A DNA stretch of 64,000 bases from Bacillota bacterium (lineage in GTDB: Bacteria; Bacillota; Clostridia; Peptostreptococcales; Anaerovoracaceae): NCBI GenBank assembly GCA_017404365.1, contig JAFRCM010000014.1, positions 34,884-98,883 on the forward strand. Direction: 5' to 3'. The position numbers and the translations under genes are program-made. The notes beneath the pieces were generated by a model. That model ran no database searches. It saw nothing but the letters and a program-made list of their open reading frames with translations, and was not told where the DNA came from. Of the stretch, positions 1-9,954 are shown piece by piece. Positions within the stretch are counted from its first letter, which is position 1, and each line of letters begins with the position of its first letter.

Positions 1-1028
1 AGAAGTTCAATGCGTTCCCTGCCTGAGCTGATCCTTGCCGCAAGGCTTTCTCCCATGGATTCGATTATGCGGTCGGCATTCATCTGTTCATAGGCTATCC
101 TGGTGCTTATGCCTTTCGCAAAAGCGTTCGGGTCAAGGGCCGCAAGTCTGTTGCGCCTGATTTCAACACTCTGAAGAAGACTTTCCGCCAGGCTGTCCTT
201 CATGCTATCCAGATGCTCTCTGAGTTCGCGGGTGTCCGGAACAGCCATCTCAGCCGCCGCTGTAGGTGTGGCCGCTCTGAAATCGGCAGTAAAATCGGAA
301 ATGGTGAAATCCGTCTCATGGCCGACAGCGGATATTACTGGTATTACTGAATCGAATATGCTCCTGGCAACTACCTCTTCGTTGAATGCCCAGAGTTCCT
401 CCATTGAACCGCCGCCGCGTCCCGTTATTATTACGTCAATATCATTGTAGTTATCGTTCAGATCGCGGATAGCGCCTGCTATGTCCCCTGCTGCCGCAGG
501 TCCCTGCACGAGCACGGGATATACAAGTATGTCCACATAATCATTCTTGTTTTTTATCGTCCTGATTATATCTCTGACCGCGGCTCCGGTCTCCGAGGTG
601 ACGACAGCTACCTTCGATGGAAACTCAGGAAGAGGTTTTTTGTTTTCCGCAGAAAAAAGACCTTCCTTCTCAAGCTTCGCCTTGAGCTTTTCAAACTGCA
701 CAGCGAGCTGTCCTTCACCGTTGACCTCTACGTCTCTTATGTTCAGTGAGTAGTATCCGCCGCGCTCATAGACTGATATGTATCCTGAAGCAACTATCTC
801 CATCCCCTCTTCCAGGGGACATGTTATGCGCTCAAGATTTGAAGCGGCGAGAAAACAGTTGATCTTGCTCGTCTCGTCCTTGAGCGAGAAGTAAACATGG
901 CCTGAGCTGTGGAATTTCAGGTTGCTTATCTCACCGATGACTGAAACGTTGGCGAGTATCGGATCCGTCTTGAGTACCCGGCCGATGTAGTTGTTCAGTT
1001 GTCCTACTCTGATTGGTTTCAGTCCCAT
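1..1028 (-). CDS. xseA: Exodeoxyribonuclease VII large subunit (3' end runs off the window)
   Basis: Not in the ORF track; translated by hand from ATG at 1028: MGLKPIRVGQLNNYIGRVLKTDPILANVSVIGEISNLKFHSSGHVYFSLKD, the typical XseA OB-fold start. The same frame is in register at the window edge (...SSGRERIEL). Confidence 0.93.
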   Translation of the reverse strand, partial: MGLKPIRVGQLNNYIGRVLKTDPILANVSVIGEISNLKFHSSGHVYFSLKDETSKINCFLAASNLERITCPLEEGMEIVASGYISVYERGGYYSLNIRDVEVNGEGQLAVQFEKLKAKLEKEGLFSAENKKPLPEFPSKVAVVTSETGAAVRDIIRTIKNKNDYVDILVYPVLVQGPAAAGDIAGAIRDLNDNYNDIDVIITGRGGGSMEELWAFNEEVVARSIFDSVIPVISAVGHETDFTISDFTADFRAATPTAAAEMAVPDTRELREHLDSMKDSLAESLLQSVEIRRNRLAALDPNAFAKGISTRIAYEQMNADRIIESMGESLAARISSGRERIEL

Positions 1029-2029
1029 AAGTACCTGCTGCCCAGAAGGGCCGTTCCTATAGCGTTGTCGGACGAAAGCCCCGCATCAGCGAAGAAGGCT
1101 TTTATGCCTTTATCAGCGAGTCTTCCGGTTATTTGTTCTCTTATGAAGCGGCTTGAGGATACGCCGCCCGACATGTATATTCTGTCCGTTCCGGTCCTGC
1201 CTGCGTTCTGCGCTATCATGGCGATCATCGACTCAGATATCTTCTCAAACACTTCTCTTATAAACGAGTCCATGGCCGCATCCGCGCCGCTGAATCCATT
1301 CAGCTTGTTTCTTATCTGAGTGTCGAATCCGGAAAGGTGAATCTCTCCGTCACTGACCTTGATCTTCGTGAGAACATCAGTTGATTTATCGGCCCTCAGA
1401 GCCATTTCATCGAGTTCCTGTCCGCACGGAAAAGAAAGTCCCATTGCCACGCCGGCCCTGTCCAGAACCTGTCCGTATGAAATATCCTTTGTTCCTCCGG
1501 TTATATCTATGTCCCAGAAAGCGCTTTCACCATTCAGATCCGCAAACGACGAAGCGCCGCAGATGTCATGCTTTTTCTGCGATACCTTCAGAAGTTCGCA
1601 CGTTCCGCCTGAAAAGTGGCAGGCGGCGAAATCGCCTTCAGGTCTTTCCGCAAAGGCAGACAGTACGGCTTCAATGTGACCCTCCTGATGTGAAAAGCCT
1701 GCAGCCGGCACATCAAGCGCGGAAGCGATTGATACAGCCTGGGCTGAGCCTGCGGTGAAACACGGCATGTAAGACCCTTCAACGGATCTCGGTCTCGTCG
1801 AGTATGCTACCGCGTCAATTGTTCCGCCGAACACTTCTCTGAGTTCAGCGAACATCTCAGGCAGATTCTGTACGTGCTGAAAAAGAGCCTCGGACTGTCT
1901 GAGTCCTCTCTCCCCCTCTTTTACACTGAGAAAACGTCTGATGTCTGCGACGGTCTTCCCGTCCTTGACAACCGCTATCGATGTTTTGTAGTTGCTGGTG
2001 TCAATTCCCAGGACATGCTTATCAGTCAT
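1019..2029 (-). CDS. TsaD/Kae1-like ASKHA protein (O-sialoglycoprotein endopeptidase annotation family), probably a TsaD paralogue
   Basis: GIDTSNY, HQEGH, HFSGGT, GQVLDR, GGVSSS and SSDNAIG motifs of the Kae1/TsaD fold; 336 aa. Confidence 0.8.
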   Translation of the reverse strand: MTDKHVLGIDTSNYKTSIAVVKDGKTVADIRRFLSVKEGERGLRQSEALFQHVQNLPEMFAELREVFGGTIDAVAYSTRPRSVEGSYMPCFTAGSAQAVSIASALDVPAAGFSHQEGHIEAVLSAFAERPEGDFAACHFSGGTCELLKVSQKKHDICGASSFADLNGESAFWDIDITGGTKDISYGQVLDRAGVAMGLSFPCGQELDEMALRADKSTDVLTKIKVSDGEIHLSGFDTQIRNKLNGFSGADAAMDSFIREVFEKISESMIAMIAQNAGRTGTDRIYMSGGVSSSRFIREQITGRLADKGIKAFFADAGLSSDNAIGTALLGSRYLWD

Positions 2030-2426
2030 TTTTGCTGCCCTTGGTAACCGCGCCCAGAACTCCGTGTATGAATCTGGCGGAGCTGTCCGTACTGTACTTC
2101 TTCGCCATGTTGATCGCCTCGTTTATGCTCACTGCCTCAGGTATGTCTTCGCAGAATCTGATCTCGCCGCAGGCAAGACGCATGATGGCCAGATCCACCT
2201 TTGGCATTCTGCTGGTCTTCCATCTTGAGGCGCATCTGTTGATGTCAGCGTCTATTTCATCAAGATGAGCAACCGTCTCTGACAGCAGTCTGCCGCCGCG
2301 CTGCGCGTGATCGCCCGGAAGCCTCTCCGCGGCGAGCTGGGTTGCTTTTTCCTCATCGAGGGACTTTGTGGCGTCCATCTCATAGAGTATCTGCATCATT
2401 ATTTCCCGTGCATCATTCCTGGTCAT
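2022..2426 (-). CDS. nusB: Transcription antitermination factor NusB
   Basis: MTR..AREIMMQILYE, MPKVDLAIMRLA, SINEAINMAKKYS, FIHGVLG. Start moved to ATG 2426, behind a GGAGGGAG SD. Confidence 0.95.
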   Translation of the reverse strand: MTRNDAREIMMQILYEMDATKSLDEEKATQLAAERLPGDHAQRGGRLLSETVAHLDEIDADINRCASRWKTSRMPKVDLAIMRLACGEIRFCEDIPEAVSINEAINMAKKYSTDSSARFIHGVLGAVTKGSKND

Positions 2427-2763
2427 CTCTCTTGACTCCCTCCACATGGATATTAACAGCGTTAAGCTTCATGTTCGTCATGCTGCGAATCTCGTTTTTG
2501 ACATTCTCCTGGATGTCCCATGCAACCTGCGGGATCTTGCATCCGTATTTCACGATAACATGAAGATCTATCTCAATCTGATCCTTGGTTTTGTTGACTT
2601 TCGCTCCCTTTGCGACAAGTTCCTTGCCTCTGGTAGCCTTGCTTATGATGTTTGTGATTCCGCCTGCCATTTCAGCGACTCCCTCTGTCTTAAGGGTGGC
2701 GTTTATGGCGCAAACGGCCAGCACGTCATCAGAAACACTTAAAACTTCTTTATCCTCTGACAT
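2413..2763 (-). CDS. Asp23/Gls24 family envelope stress response protein
   Basis: IDLHVIVKYGCKIPQVAWDIQENVK...VNIHVEGV; usual position upstream of nusB. Confidence 0.92.
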   Translation of the reverse strand: MSEDKEVLSVSDDVLAVCAINATLKTEGVAEMAGGITNIISKATRGKELVAKGAKVNKTKDQIEIDLHVIVKYGCKIPQVAWDIQENVKNEIRSMTNMKLNAVNIHVEGVKRDDQE

Positions 2764-4100
2764 TATTCTTTATCCTTATCCTCTTTTTCGTTTATCTTCA
2801 TGATGACCTTCTCAATACGTCTGTCCTTTACGGATTTGATAGTGAAGACAAGATTGTCCCACGTTAGTTCCTTGCCGAGATCGTCTTCATCAGGAATCTC
2901 GCCGAACATGTCGATAATGAAGCCACCTATGGTCTCGGAATCCTCGGATTCGAGATTCGTACCCAGCTCTTCATTGATGTCATCGAGGTACATGCTTCCT
3001 TCGATCATGTAGAGGTCATCTTCAAGCTTTGTGAGTTCCTGTTCTTCCTCATCGTATTCATCATCGATATCACCCATTACTTCCTCGATGATGTCCTCCA
3101 TTGTGACTATGCCGCAGAAGCCGCCGTACTCATCGATGAGAATCGCTATCTGCTGCTTCGTCTTCTGAAGCTCAAAGAACAGCGAGTCTATGTTCTTGGT
3201 CTCAGGCACGAAATAAGGCGTACGCAGGATGGACCTTATGTCGACATTGTCGAAGCCAAGCTGTCTGGCCTGTATAAGGTAATCCTTTATGTTGAGGATT
3301 CCGATGATGTTGTCGCTGTCGTCCTCGTATACAGGAATACGTGAGAATTTCAGTTCCATGAGCTCATCGATGTATTCCTCATGCGGATCGTTGATGTCTA
3401 TCGCAAAGACATCAGTACGCGGCGTCATTATTTCGTATGCCAGTATATCGTCGAAGGCGAATATACCGGTTATCATCTTCTTGCCTTCTTCCTTCAGCTC
3501 ACCGCTCTCCTGACCTGCCTCCAGCATGTCGACTATATCCTCTTCCGAGTATTCGTTATCGTTGAGGTCTGCCCTCTGCTTGAAAAGTTTGAGGAACAGT
3601 ATCGACAGACCGGCTATGCATGCCGTCACCGGCTTAAGCAGGACATTTACGGCCTTGATGCTTCCGGCGGTAGTCATGAGAACGCCTTCGGCATGCTGCA
3701 TTGCAATCCTTCTTGGGAGCATTTCGCCGAGAGCCATGAGGAAAATGAGCGATACGAAGAACACAATGATAAAAGCAACCACCATGGACAGAACTTCTGA
3801 GTCCCAGATGCTCATGAAGTTAACGTACAGCGGAACCGCCAGGAATACCATGCACACCAGACAGTAAAGCATGTAGATTATTACGTTCAGCACTCTGGTC
3901 GAAAGTTTGCTTTCAGGCGCGTTGTCCAGCACCGGAAGGACTGCTTTTGCCTTGCTGTTTCCGTCTTCAGCCAATTCTCTCAGTTTTGTCTTGTTTGATT
4001 CTGAAATTGATTTGCGCGCTGCTGCGAACCATGCGTTGATGATTAAGAGCGCCAGGCCTATTATCACGCCCCATAAGGGCAGCAAAGGACCTTCTGACAT
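2763..4100 (-). CDS. Hemolysin-family HlyC/CorC (CNNM-CBS-CorC) transporter
   Basis: N-terminal TM helices, GEMLPRRIA, IMTPRTDV, SRIPVY, IDEYGGFCGIVTMEDIIEEVMGDIDDEYD. Confidence 0.93.
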   Translation of the reverse strand: MSEGPLLPLWGVIIGLALLIINAWFAAARKSISESNKTKLRELAEDGNSKAKAVLPVLDNAPESKLSTRVLNVIIYMLYCLVCMVFLAVPLYVNFMSIWDSEVLSMVVAFIIVFFVSLIFLMALGEMLPRRIAMQHAEGVLMTTAGSIKAVNVLLKPVTACIAGLSILFLKLFKQRADLNDNEYSEEDIVDMLEAGQESGELKEEGKKMITGIFAFDDILAYEIMTPRTDVFAIDINDPHEEYIDELMELKFSRIPVYEDDSDNIIGILNIKDYLIQARQLGFDNVDIRSILRTPYFVPETKNIDSLFFELQKTKQQIAILIDEYGGFCGIVTMEDIIEEVMGDIDDEYDEEEQELTKLEDDLYMIEGSMYLDDINEELGTNLESEDSETIGGFIIDMFGEIPDEDDLGKELTWDNLVFTIKSVKDRRIEKVIMKINEKEDKDKE

Positions 4101-4103
4101 CAG

Positions 4104-5327
4104 TTATTTCTCCTTTCTGATCATGTACATCTCAGCCACCGGCTGAGCCATCTTTATATTCAGTATCTGCTGAGGATGCGGCGCTGATTCGATCGGCGTG
4201 CCCTCCTCATCAGTCATGTATTCAAGCGTCTGTGTGAAGGCTTCTCCTTCAGGACCGAACACTTCTATAACGTCGCCAATATCCATCTTGTTTCTCTGTT
4301 CCACCACCGCGATCCCGGTTTCAGGATCGTAGCTTTTCACAAGACCCGTAAAGGCGTAATCCCGTATGTATGAACTGCTCAGATACTCCTGATCTTCGCC
4401 TGTAGGCTTTCTGAAGTAGAAACCTGTTGTAAAGTCTCTGTGGCTTGCCTTGCACATTTCAAGCGCCCAGGCCGGATCGTATTTATAGCCGTCAGGGTCT
4501 TTATAGTAGGCGTTAAGAGCTGTTCTGTAGGCCTTGATTACGTGCGCGATGTAGAAAATGCTCTTCATCCGCCCTTCAATCTTGAAAGAGCTTATACCAG
4601 CTTCGATGAGCTCCGGAAGGTGTTCAAGCATGCAAAGGTCCTTGCTGTTGAATATGTACGTTCCTCTGTCATCCTCATCAACAGGCCAGTATTCCCCGGG
4701 ACGCTTCTCCTCCTCAAGTCTGTACTTGTATCTGCACGGATGAGCGCACGCGCCTCTGTTGGCGTCGCGTCCTGTCATGAAGTTGCTGAGCAGACATCTT
4801 CCCGAATAGGAAATGCACATGGCTCCGTGTACAAAAGCCTCAAGCTCCGTATCGTCCGGAAGGTTTTTTCTGATTTCCTTTATCTCTTCAAGTGTAAGCT
4901 CTCTTGCCAGGACAAGGCGTTTAACGCCCTGACTCCTCCAGTAGTTCGCGGTTACGTAGTTCGTCATGTTCGCCTGGGTTGAAAGATGTATCTCCGCGTC
5001 CGGAATCTCTTCCTTAAGGAGCAGCATGACAGCCGGATCGGAAACTATGTACGCGTCTACAGGTATGTCCTTTATCTCTTTGAGATACCCGCGCAAAGGC
5101 AGGATGTCCTCGTTATGAGCGTATACGTTGAGAGCGAGGTGGCAGCGCACGCCGCGGCTGTGGGCGTACTCAGTTCCCTCTTTCATCTCATCTATTGTCA
5201 TATTGCCTGCGCCTGCCCTCAGGGAGAACATCTCTCCGCCGAAGTAGACTGCGTCGGCGCCGTATTCTACAGCTATTTTCAGTTTTTCAAGATCGCCGGC
5301 AGGAGCCAGCAGTTCAACTCTGTTCAT
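4104..5327 (-). CDS. U32 family peptidase-like protein (TrhP/YrrO type, tRNA U34 hydroxylation)
   Basis: ELLAPAG, HGAMCISYSGRCLLS, ANRGACAHPCR, FKIEGRMKS; adjacent to a YrrM-type methyltransferase. Confidence 0.9.
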   Translation of the reverse strand: MNRVELLAPAGDLEKLKIAVEYGADAVYFGGEMFSLRAGAGNMTIDEMKEGTEYAHSRGVRCHLALNVYAHNEDILPLRGYLKEIKDIPVDAYIVSDPAVMLLLKEEIPDAEIHLSTQANMTNYVTANYWRSQGVKRLVLARELTLEEIKEIRKNLPDDTELEAFVHGAMCISYSGRCLLSNFMTGRDANRGACAHPCRYKYRLEEEKRPGEYWPVDEDDRGTYIFNSKDLCMLEHLPELIEAGISSFKIEGRMKSIFYIAHVIKAYRTALNAYYKDPDGYKYDPAWALEMCKASHRDFTTGFYFRKPTGEDQEYLSSSYIRDYAFTGLVKSYDPETGIAVVEQRNKMDIGDVIEVFGPEGEAFTQTLEYMTDEEGTPIESAPHPQQILNIKMAQPVAEMYMIRKEK

Positions 5328-5333
5328 GTCTCT

Positions 5334-5987
5334 TTATATGCTTTTGTCGATAAGACTAATCGACACTCCGTCGCCTACAGGCAGCAACGCGGTGTCGGCG
5401 TAATCAAGTCCGTTTATGTAATGTATGAAATCTCTCATCCTGTTTATGGATGTCTTGTATCTTCCTCTCTCGTCGTATTCATCCGACACGGTCATGCCCT
5501 TCATCAGTACATTGTCGCATATGACCATGCACTCGTCCTTCATGAGAGGCATTGAGAGGTCCCAGAACTCCCTGTAATGGCTTTTTGCGGCGTCTATGAA
5601 GAGAATGTCGAACCCCTCTTCTTTATCGAGAGAAGCCAGAACTTCGCGCGCGTCGCCCTGAACAACTTCGACAAGATCTGAGAAGCCAAGGTTTTCTATG
5701 TTGAGGCGGGCTGCCTTTGCGCTCTCCTCATCGGATTCTATTGTGACGACGCGGCAGCCGCAGCAATCCGCAAATACACACGACGAATAGCCCACCGCAG
5801 TGCCTATTTCAAGCACGCGAGCAGGCTCTTTCAGTTTCATGATAACTTTGAGGAGTTTTTCCGTATCTTTCAGAATGATGGGAACGTTCCTGCTTTCGGC
5901 AAATTCCCTGAGCTCCTCAAGTTTCGGATTTTCATTAACATAAAGGTTGTCAATGTACGCTGAAATTATCTCATTGGTAATGTTCAT
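5334..5987 (-). CDS. O-methyltransferase (TrmR/YrrM type)
   Basis: VLEIGTAVGYS, FDILFIDAAKSHY, CDNVL, LPVGDGVSI. Confidence 0.9.
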   Translation of the reverse strand: MNITNEIISAYIDNLYVNENPKLEELREFAESRNVPIILKDTEKLLKVIMKLKEPARVLEIGTAVGYSSCVFADCCGCRVVTIESDEESAKAARLNIENLGFSDLVEVVQGDAREVLASLDKEEGFDILFIDAAKSHYREFWDLSMPLMKDECMVICDNVLMKGMTVSDEYDERGRYKTSINRMRDFIHYINGLDYADTALLPVGDGVSISLIDKSI

Positions 5988-5997
5988 CTCGCCTTAA

Positions 5998-6026
5998 ATT
6001 ATATAACAACAGCATGCTTTAGGCAA
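5998..6026 (-). promoter_or_regulatory. Sigma-A-type promoter TTGCCT-N17-TATAAT for the O-methyltransferase gene
   Basis: Read directly from the sequence; the -10 box ends 10 nt before the ATG. Confidence 0.65.
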
Positions 6027-6104
6027 AAGAAAAGTGCCACGTCTTTTACCGCGGTAACAGCGGCAGGCATGGCACGTGTTTCTTATCTTATAATTATTGA
6101 GCTG

Positions 6105-7178
6105 CTATTCTTTAGCGTCCTCAAGGTCCTCTTCTGTCCAAGGATGATCAGCTACATTCTTTTCGTGCTCCTCGTTGGTCTCGGCGTAGTAGATAGTGCC
6201 GTCAGGACCTGCGTAGAAGAACATGTCCTTTGTATCGGCGTGGTTCAGTACACCGTCGATGGCAATCTCAGGTACAGCGCAGATAGGACCAGGAATCATT
6301 CCCTTTACCTTTCTGGCGTTGTACGGCGAATCAGACTCAAGCTGTGAAACCTTAAGATCTACTCTGTCCTCATCAAAAATGTAGCACACTGTTACGTCGC
6401 TGCCGAGAGACATGTCCTCGTCTAGACGATTGATGAATACTCCGGCTATATGAGCGGCGTCTTCCTCAGTAGCGCATCCTTCCTTGGTGACTATTGAAGC
6501 CAGCGTAAGGAATTCGTGAATCGAGAAATCAGACTGCTCTATCTGGGCCTTTCTCTCTGTGAGCACAGCATCCATTCTGTCCAGAGCCAGTTCCGTTATG
6601 CTTTCGATCGTAGGCTCTGTATCCATGATGTAATAAGTATCCGGGAAGAGATATCCCTCAAGCGGATGAATTACATCGTCATCGAGCACATCATCTGTCA
6701 GGAACCAGTACTTTCCTATGAGTTCTTTTACATAAGCCTTGTCATCCCATTTGGCCAGGACTTCTTCCTTGGTGTACGGGGTTACTTCGGCGAGGGCCTC
6801 AGCGCTCTGTGTGAGCCTGTACCCTTCCGCGACGCGGAATGCGGTCTTGGATATGTAGTCGAAATCACCTTTGTTTATGGCTTCCATCATCTCAGGCAGG
6901 GTCATGGATTTATTGAACACGTAGGTGTTGGCCTGAAGTGAATTGTAGCCTCCGATGCGGGCGTTTATCTTGGCGAACGTGGTGTTCTTGACAAGCCCGG
7001 CGTCGTCGAGTATGGCGACGATGGCTGATGCGCCGCTGCCCTGCGGAATCGTTACTGTAACATCCTCAGTATCGTCGGAATCCACAGCGCCGATACCGCT
7101 CAGGTACGCGAATAATCCTGCTGAAAACGCAACTACGACTATCAGCAGTATTATGAATATGACCTTGAGTTTAGTCAT
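6105..7178 (-). CDS. mltG: Endolytic transglycosylase MltG
   Basis: N-terminal TM anchor, LEGYLFPDTY, LASIVTKEG, SPYN...G.IPGPIC. Confidence 0.93.
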   Translation of the reverse strand: MTKLKVIFIILLIVVVAFSAGLFAYLSGIGAVDSDDTEDVTVTIPQGSGASAIVAILDDAGLVKNTTFAKINARIGGYNSLQANTYVFNKSMTLPEMMEAINKGDFDYISKTAFRVAEGYRLTQSAEALAEVTPYTKEEVLAKWDDKAYVKELIGKYWFLTDDVLDDDVIHPLEGYLFPDTYYIMDTEPTIESITELALDRMDAVLTERKAQIEQSDFSIHEFLTLASIVTKEGCATEEDAAHIAGVFINRLDEDMSLGSDVTVCYIFDEDRVDLKVSQLESDSPYNARKVKGMIPGPICAVPEIAIDGVLNHADTKDMFFYAGPDGTIYYAETNEEHEKNVADHPWTEEDLEDAKE

Positions 7179-7738
7179 TATTTTGATCTCCCCAGGTATT
7201 CTCCTGTTCTTGTATCAATCTGAATTCTCTCTCCTTCTTCGATGAAGATAGGAACCTTGATAACCGCGCCTGTCTCTACTGTGGCGTCCTTAGTTACATT
7301 GGTAGCTGTGTCGCCCTTTACTCCAGGTTCAGTTTCTGTAACGAGAAGGTCTACGAAGTTCGGAGCTTCAACGAGAAAAGCGTTTCCTTTGTAGAATTTG
7401 ATCGTAGCTTCATCGTTCTCTCTCAGATACTTCATTGCTTCCTCAACCTGATCCTGAGCCAGAGGAATCTGGTCATATGTTTCAGGATCCATGAAGTAAT
7501 ACAGTTCGCCGTCTGAATAGAGATACTGCATGGTTTTTGTCTCGATGTGAGCTTTCGGGAACTTGGCGTCAGGGTTGAAGGATTCTTCCTTGATTGCCCC
7601 CGTAAGGATGTTCTTGTGCTTTGTCCTTACGAATGCCGCACCCTTGCCTGGCTTTACGTGCTGGAAATCGATAACAACATGTGGATCGCCATCAATTTCA
7701 AATGTGATGCCTTTTCTGAAATCTCCTGCATAAATCAT
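7178..7738 (-). CDS. efp: Elongation factor P
   Basis: [34 protein letters not shown]. Confidence 0.98.
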   Translation of the reverse strand: MIYAGDFRKGITFEIDGDPHVVIDFQHVKPGKGAAFVRTKHKNILTGAIKEESFNPDAKFPKAHIETKTMQYLYSDGELYYFMDPETYDQIPLAQDQVEEAMKYLRENDEATIKFYKGNAFLVEAPNFVDLLVTETEPGVKGDTATNVTKDATVETGAVIKVPIFIEEGERIQIDTRTGEYLGRSK

Positions 7739-7800
7739 AACAATCTCGCCTTTCTGTGTTATATGATAATGATTTTTACAACGTTTTTATTCTTGTTTTG

Positions 7801-7829
7801 ATTATATCAAACGTGTTGACTGCTTACAA
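7801..7829 (-). promoter_or_regulatory. Sigma-A-type promoter TTGTAA-N17-TATAAT upstream of efp
   Basis: Read directly from the ylbF-efp intergenic region. Confidence 0.65.
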
Positions 7830-7830
7830 G

Positions 7831-8193
7831 TTACATCGTGCCGCCGATGTCGCCCATAGGACCCAGACCGAAGTCAGCGGCGTCCCCGACTATCTTGTAG
7901 ACGTCGGACATCATTGTGCTGAATCTCATCTGGCACTGGAAGTACTCGCTAGTAAGCGGGTCCTGCATAAGCACCGCGCTCAGCTGCTGAAGCTTGACGA
8001 ATTCCTCCTGGTCGAGTTCTTCTCCCATCATCTGCTTTGTCTGGAATTCAAACTGCTTCTTCATGAAATCCTTGATAGCGGCGTCGAGTTCGGAATTTGC
8101 TTCCACCTTCTGTCTGACGGCCGTATACTGCTTGCACTCCTCTGATTCCTTGATGGCAGTTGCCAGCTGATGAGCCTGATCATATACGTTCAT
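7831..8193 (-). CDS. YlbF/YheA/YmcA family regulator
   Basis: MNVYDQAHQLATAIKESEE... helical pattern typical of the family; 120 aa. Confidence 0.85.
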   Translation of the reverse strand: MNVYDQAHQLATAIKESEECKQYTAVRQKVEANSELDAAIKDFMKKQFEFQTKQMMGEELDQEEFVKLQQLSAVLMQDPLTSEYFQCQMRFSTMMSDVYKIVGDAADFGLGPMGDIGGTM

Positions 8194-8194
8194 G

Positions 8195-9937
8195 TTAAAC
8201 CTCCATAAATATCGGCAGTATTATCGGGCTTCTTCCCGTCTTGCCGTAGATGTATTTTCTAAGACCGTCTCTGACCGCGGTCTTGATACCGTTCCAGTCT
8301 TTCATGTTTCTTGAAAGACAGTCTATTATTATAGATTCCGCTCTCTCACAGGCGGCGTCTATAAGATCCTCATTCTCCCTTACGTAGACAAATCCTCTGG
8401 ATATGATGTCAGGTCCGGATACAATCATTCTTTCGTTCTTGTCTATGGTCGCGACAACTATTATCAGACCTGATTCTGAAAGCAGTCTTCTGTCTCTCAG
8501 AACGATGTTTCCGACATCCCCTACTCCGAGTCCGTCTACGAATATTCCGTCCGCGGCAGCCAGATTCTCAATCTTGGTCGCTGTCTTGCTGTTTATCTGC
8601 AGGCAGTCGCCGTTGTTAAGAATGAATATGTTCTCCTTCGGCATTCCCAGCGCGTGAGCAAGCTCAGCGTGCTTCTTGAGATGACGCGCTTCGCCGTGAA
8701 CAGGCATGAAGTACTTAGGTCTGATAAGGGAATGCATGAGTTTCAGTTCTTCACGGCATGCGTGTCCGGACACATGAGTCTCAGCGATATCAGAATAGAT
8801 TACTTCAGCGCCCTTTTCGACCAGTTTGTTTACAACATTGGCGACAGTCAGCTCATTGCCCGGAACAGGCGTTGATGACAGTATTACCATATCGTTCGAT
8901 CTTATATTGATGTTCTTGTGCTCGTTGGAAGCCATTCTTGCCAGAGCGGACATAGGCTCTCCCTGGCTGCCCGTAGTGAGAATGACCAGCTCCTTATCAG
9001 GTATGTTTGCCGCCTTGTTGAGATCAATGAGCTTGCTGTCAGGTATTCTTATATACCCGAGCTCTCTGGCCAGCTCAACGACGGTTTCCATGCTTCTGCC
9101 GGATACCGCGACCTTTCTGCGGCACTTGAGGGCTATGTCTATGATCTTCTGGATTCTGTGAACGTTTGATGAGAATGTAGCAATGATGATTCTCTTGTTC
9201 GTCTCTCTGAATATTCCTTCCAGAGTCTCGCCGACCACCCTCTCGGACTTGGCGTAGCCTGGTCTGACTACATTTGTGCTGTCGGCCATCATCAGCATTA
9301 CGCCTTCCTGGCCTATCTGGGCCAGACGGGCGAAATCGATTGGGTTGCCGTCTACAGGCGTGTAGTCGATTTTGAAGTCTCCTGTGTGGAATATGCGTCC
9401 CGCAGGAGTCTTGATGCTGTAGCAGACTGAGTCGGCTATTGAATGCGTGATTCTTATCGATTCAATGGTAAAGTGACGCCCTACCCTGAACTCGGTTCCC
9501 GCCTCGATGTAGTGGAAACTTCCCTTTATTCCGAATTCCTTAAGCTTGTTCTCAATAAGCCCGAGCGGAAATCTCAGTCCGTAAACAGGTATGTTTAGTT
9601 CTTTTAGAAGATAAGGAACAGCTCCGATGTGGTCCTCGTGACCGTGGGTTATTATGAGTCCCTTTATCTTCTTGTCTGTGTTGATCAGATAATCGAAATC
9701 AGGGATGACCTTGTCTATTCCGAACATGTCATCATCAGGAAATGACAGACCGCAGTCGATGAGAAGTATCTCGTTTTCGTATTCTATGGCTGTCATGTTC
9801 TTGCCGATCTCTCCGAGACCGCCAAGAGGTATTATCCTGACCTTAGGAGCAGCCTTTTTTGCTGTTGTCTTTGCTTTTTTAGGCTGCTTCTTAGGCGCTG
9901 ATTTGGATTTCCTGGTGTCTTTTTTTCTTTCTCCCAT
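8195..9937 (-). CDS. rnj: Ribonuclease J
   Basis: IIPLGGLGEIGKNM, THGHEDHIG, HTGDFK, TGSQGEP, HVSGH, PVHGE. Confidence 0.97.
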   Translation of the reverse strand: MGERKKDTRKSKSAPKKQPKKAKTTAKKAAPKVRIIPLGGLGEIGKNMTAIEYENEILLIDCGLSFPDDDMFGIDKVIPDFDYLINTDKKIKGLIITHGHEDHIGAVPYLLKELNIPVYGLRFPLGLIENKLKEFGIKGSFHYIEAGTEFRVGRHFTIESIRITHSIADSVCYSIKTPAGRIFHTGDFKIDYTPVDGNPIDFARLAQIGQEGVMLMMADSTNVVRPGYAKSERVVGETLEGIFRETNKRIIIATFSSNVHRIQKIIDIALKCRRKVAVSGRSMETVVELARELGYIRIPDSKLIDLNKAANIPDKELVILTTGSQGEPMSALARMASNEHKNINIRSNDMVILSSTPVPGNELTVANVVNKLVEKGAEVIYSDIAETHVSGHACREELKLMHSLIRPKYFMPVHGEARHLKKHAELAHALGMPKENIFILNNGDCLQINSKTATKIENLAAADGIFVDGLGVGDVGNIVLRDRRLLSESGLIIVVATIDKNERMIVSGPDIISRGFVYVRENEDLIDAACERAESIIIDCLSRNMKDWNGIKTAVRDGLRKYIYGKTGRSPIILPIFMEV

Positions 9938-9954
9938 ACAATCCTTTCCGGGGT

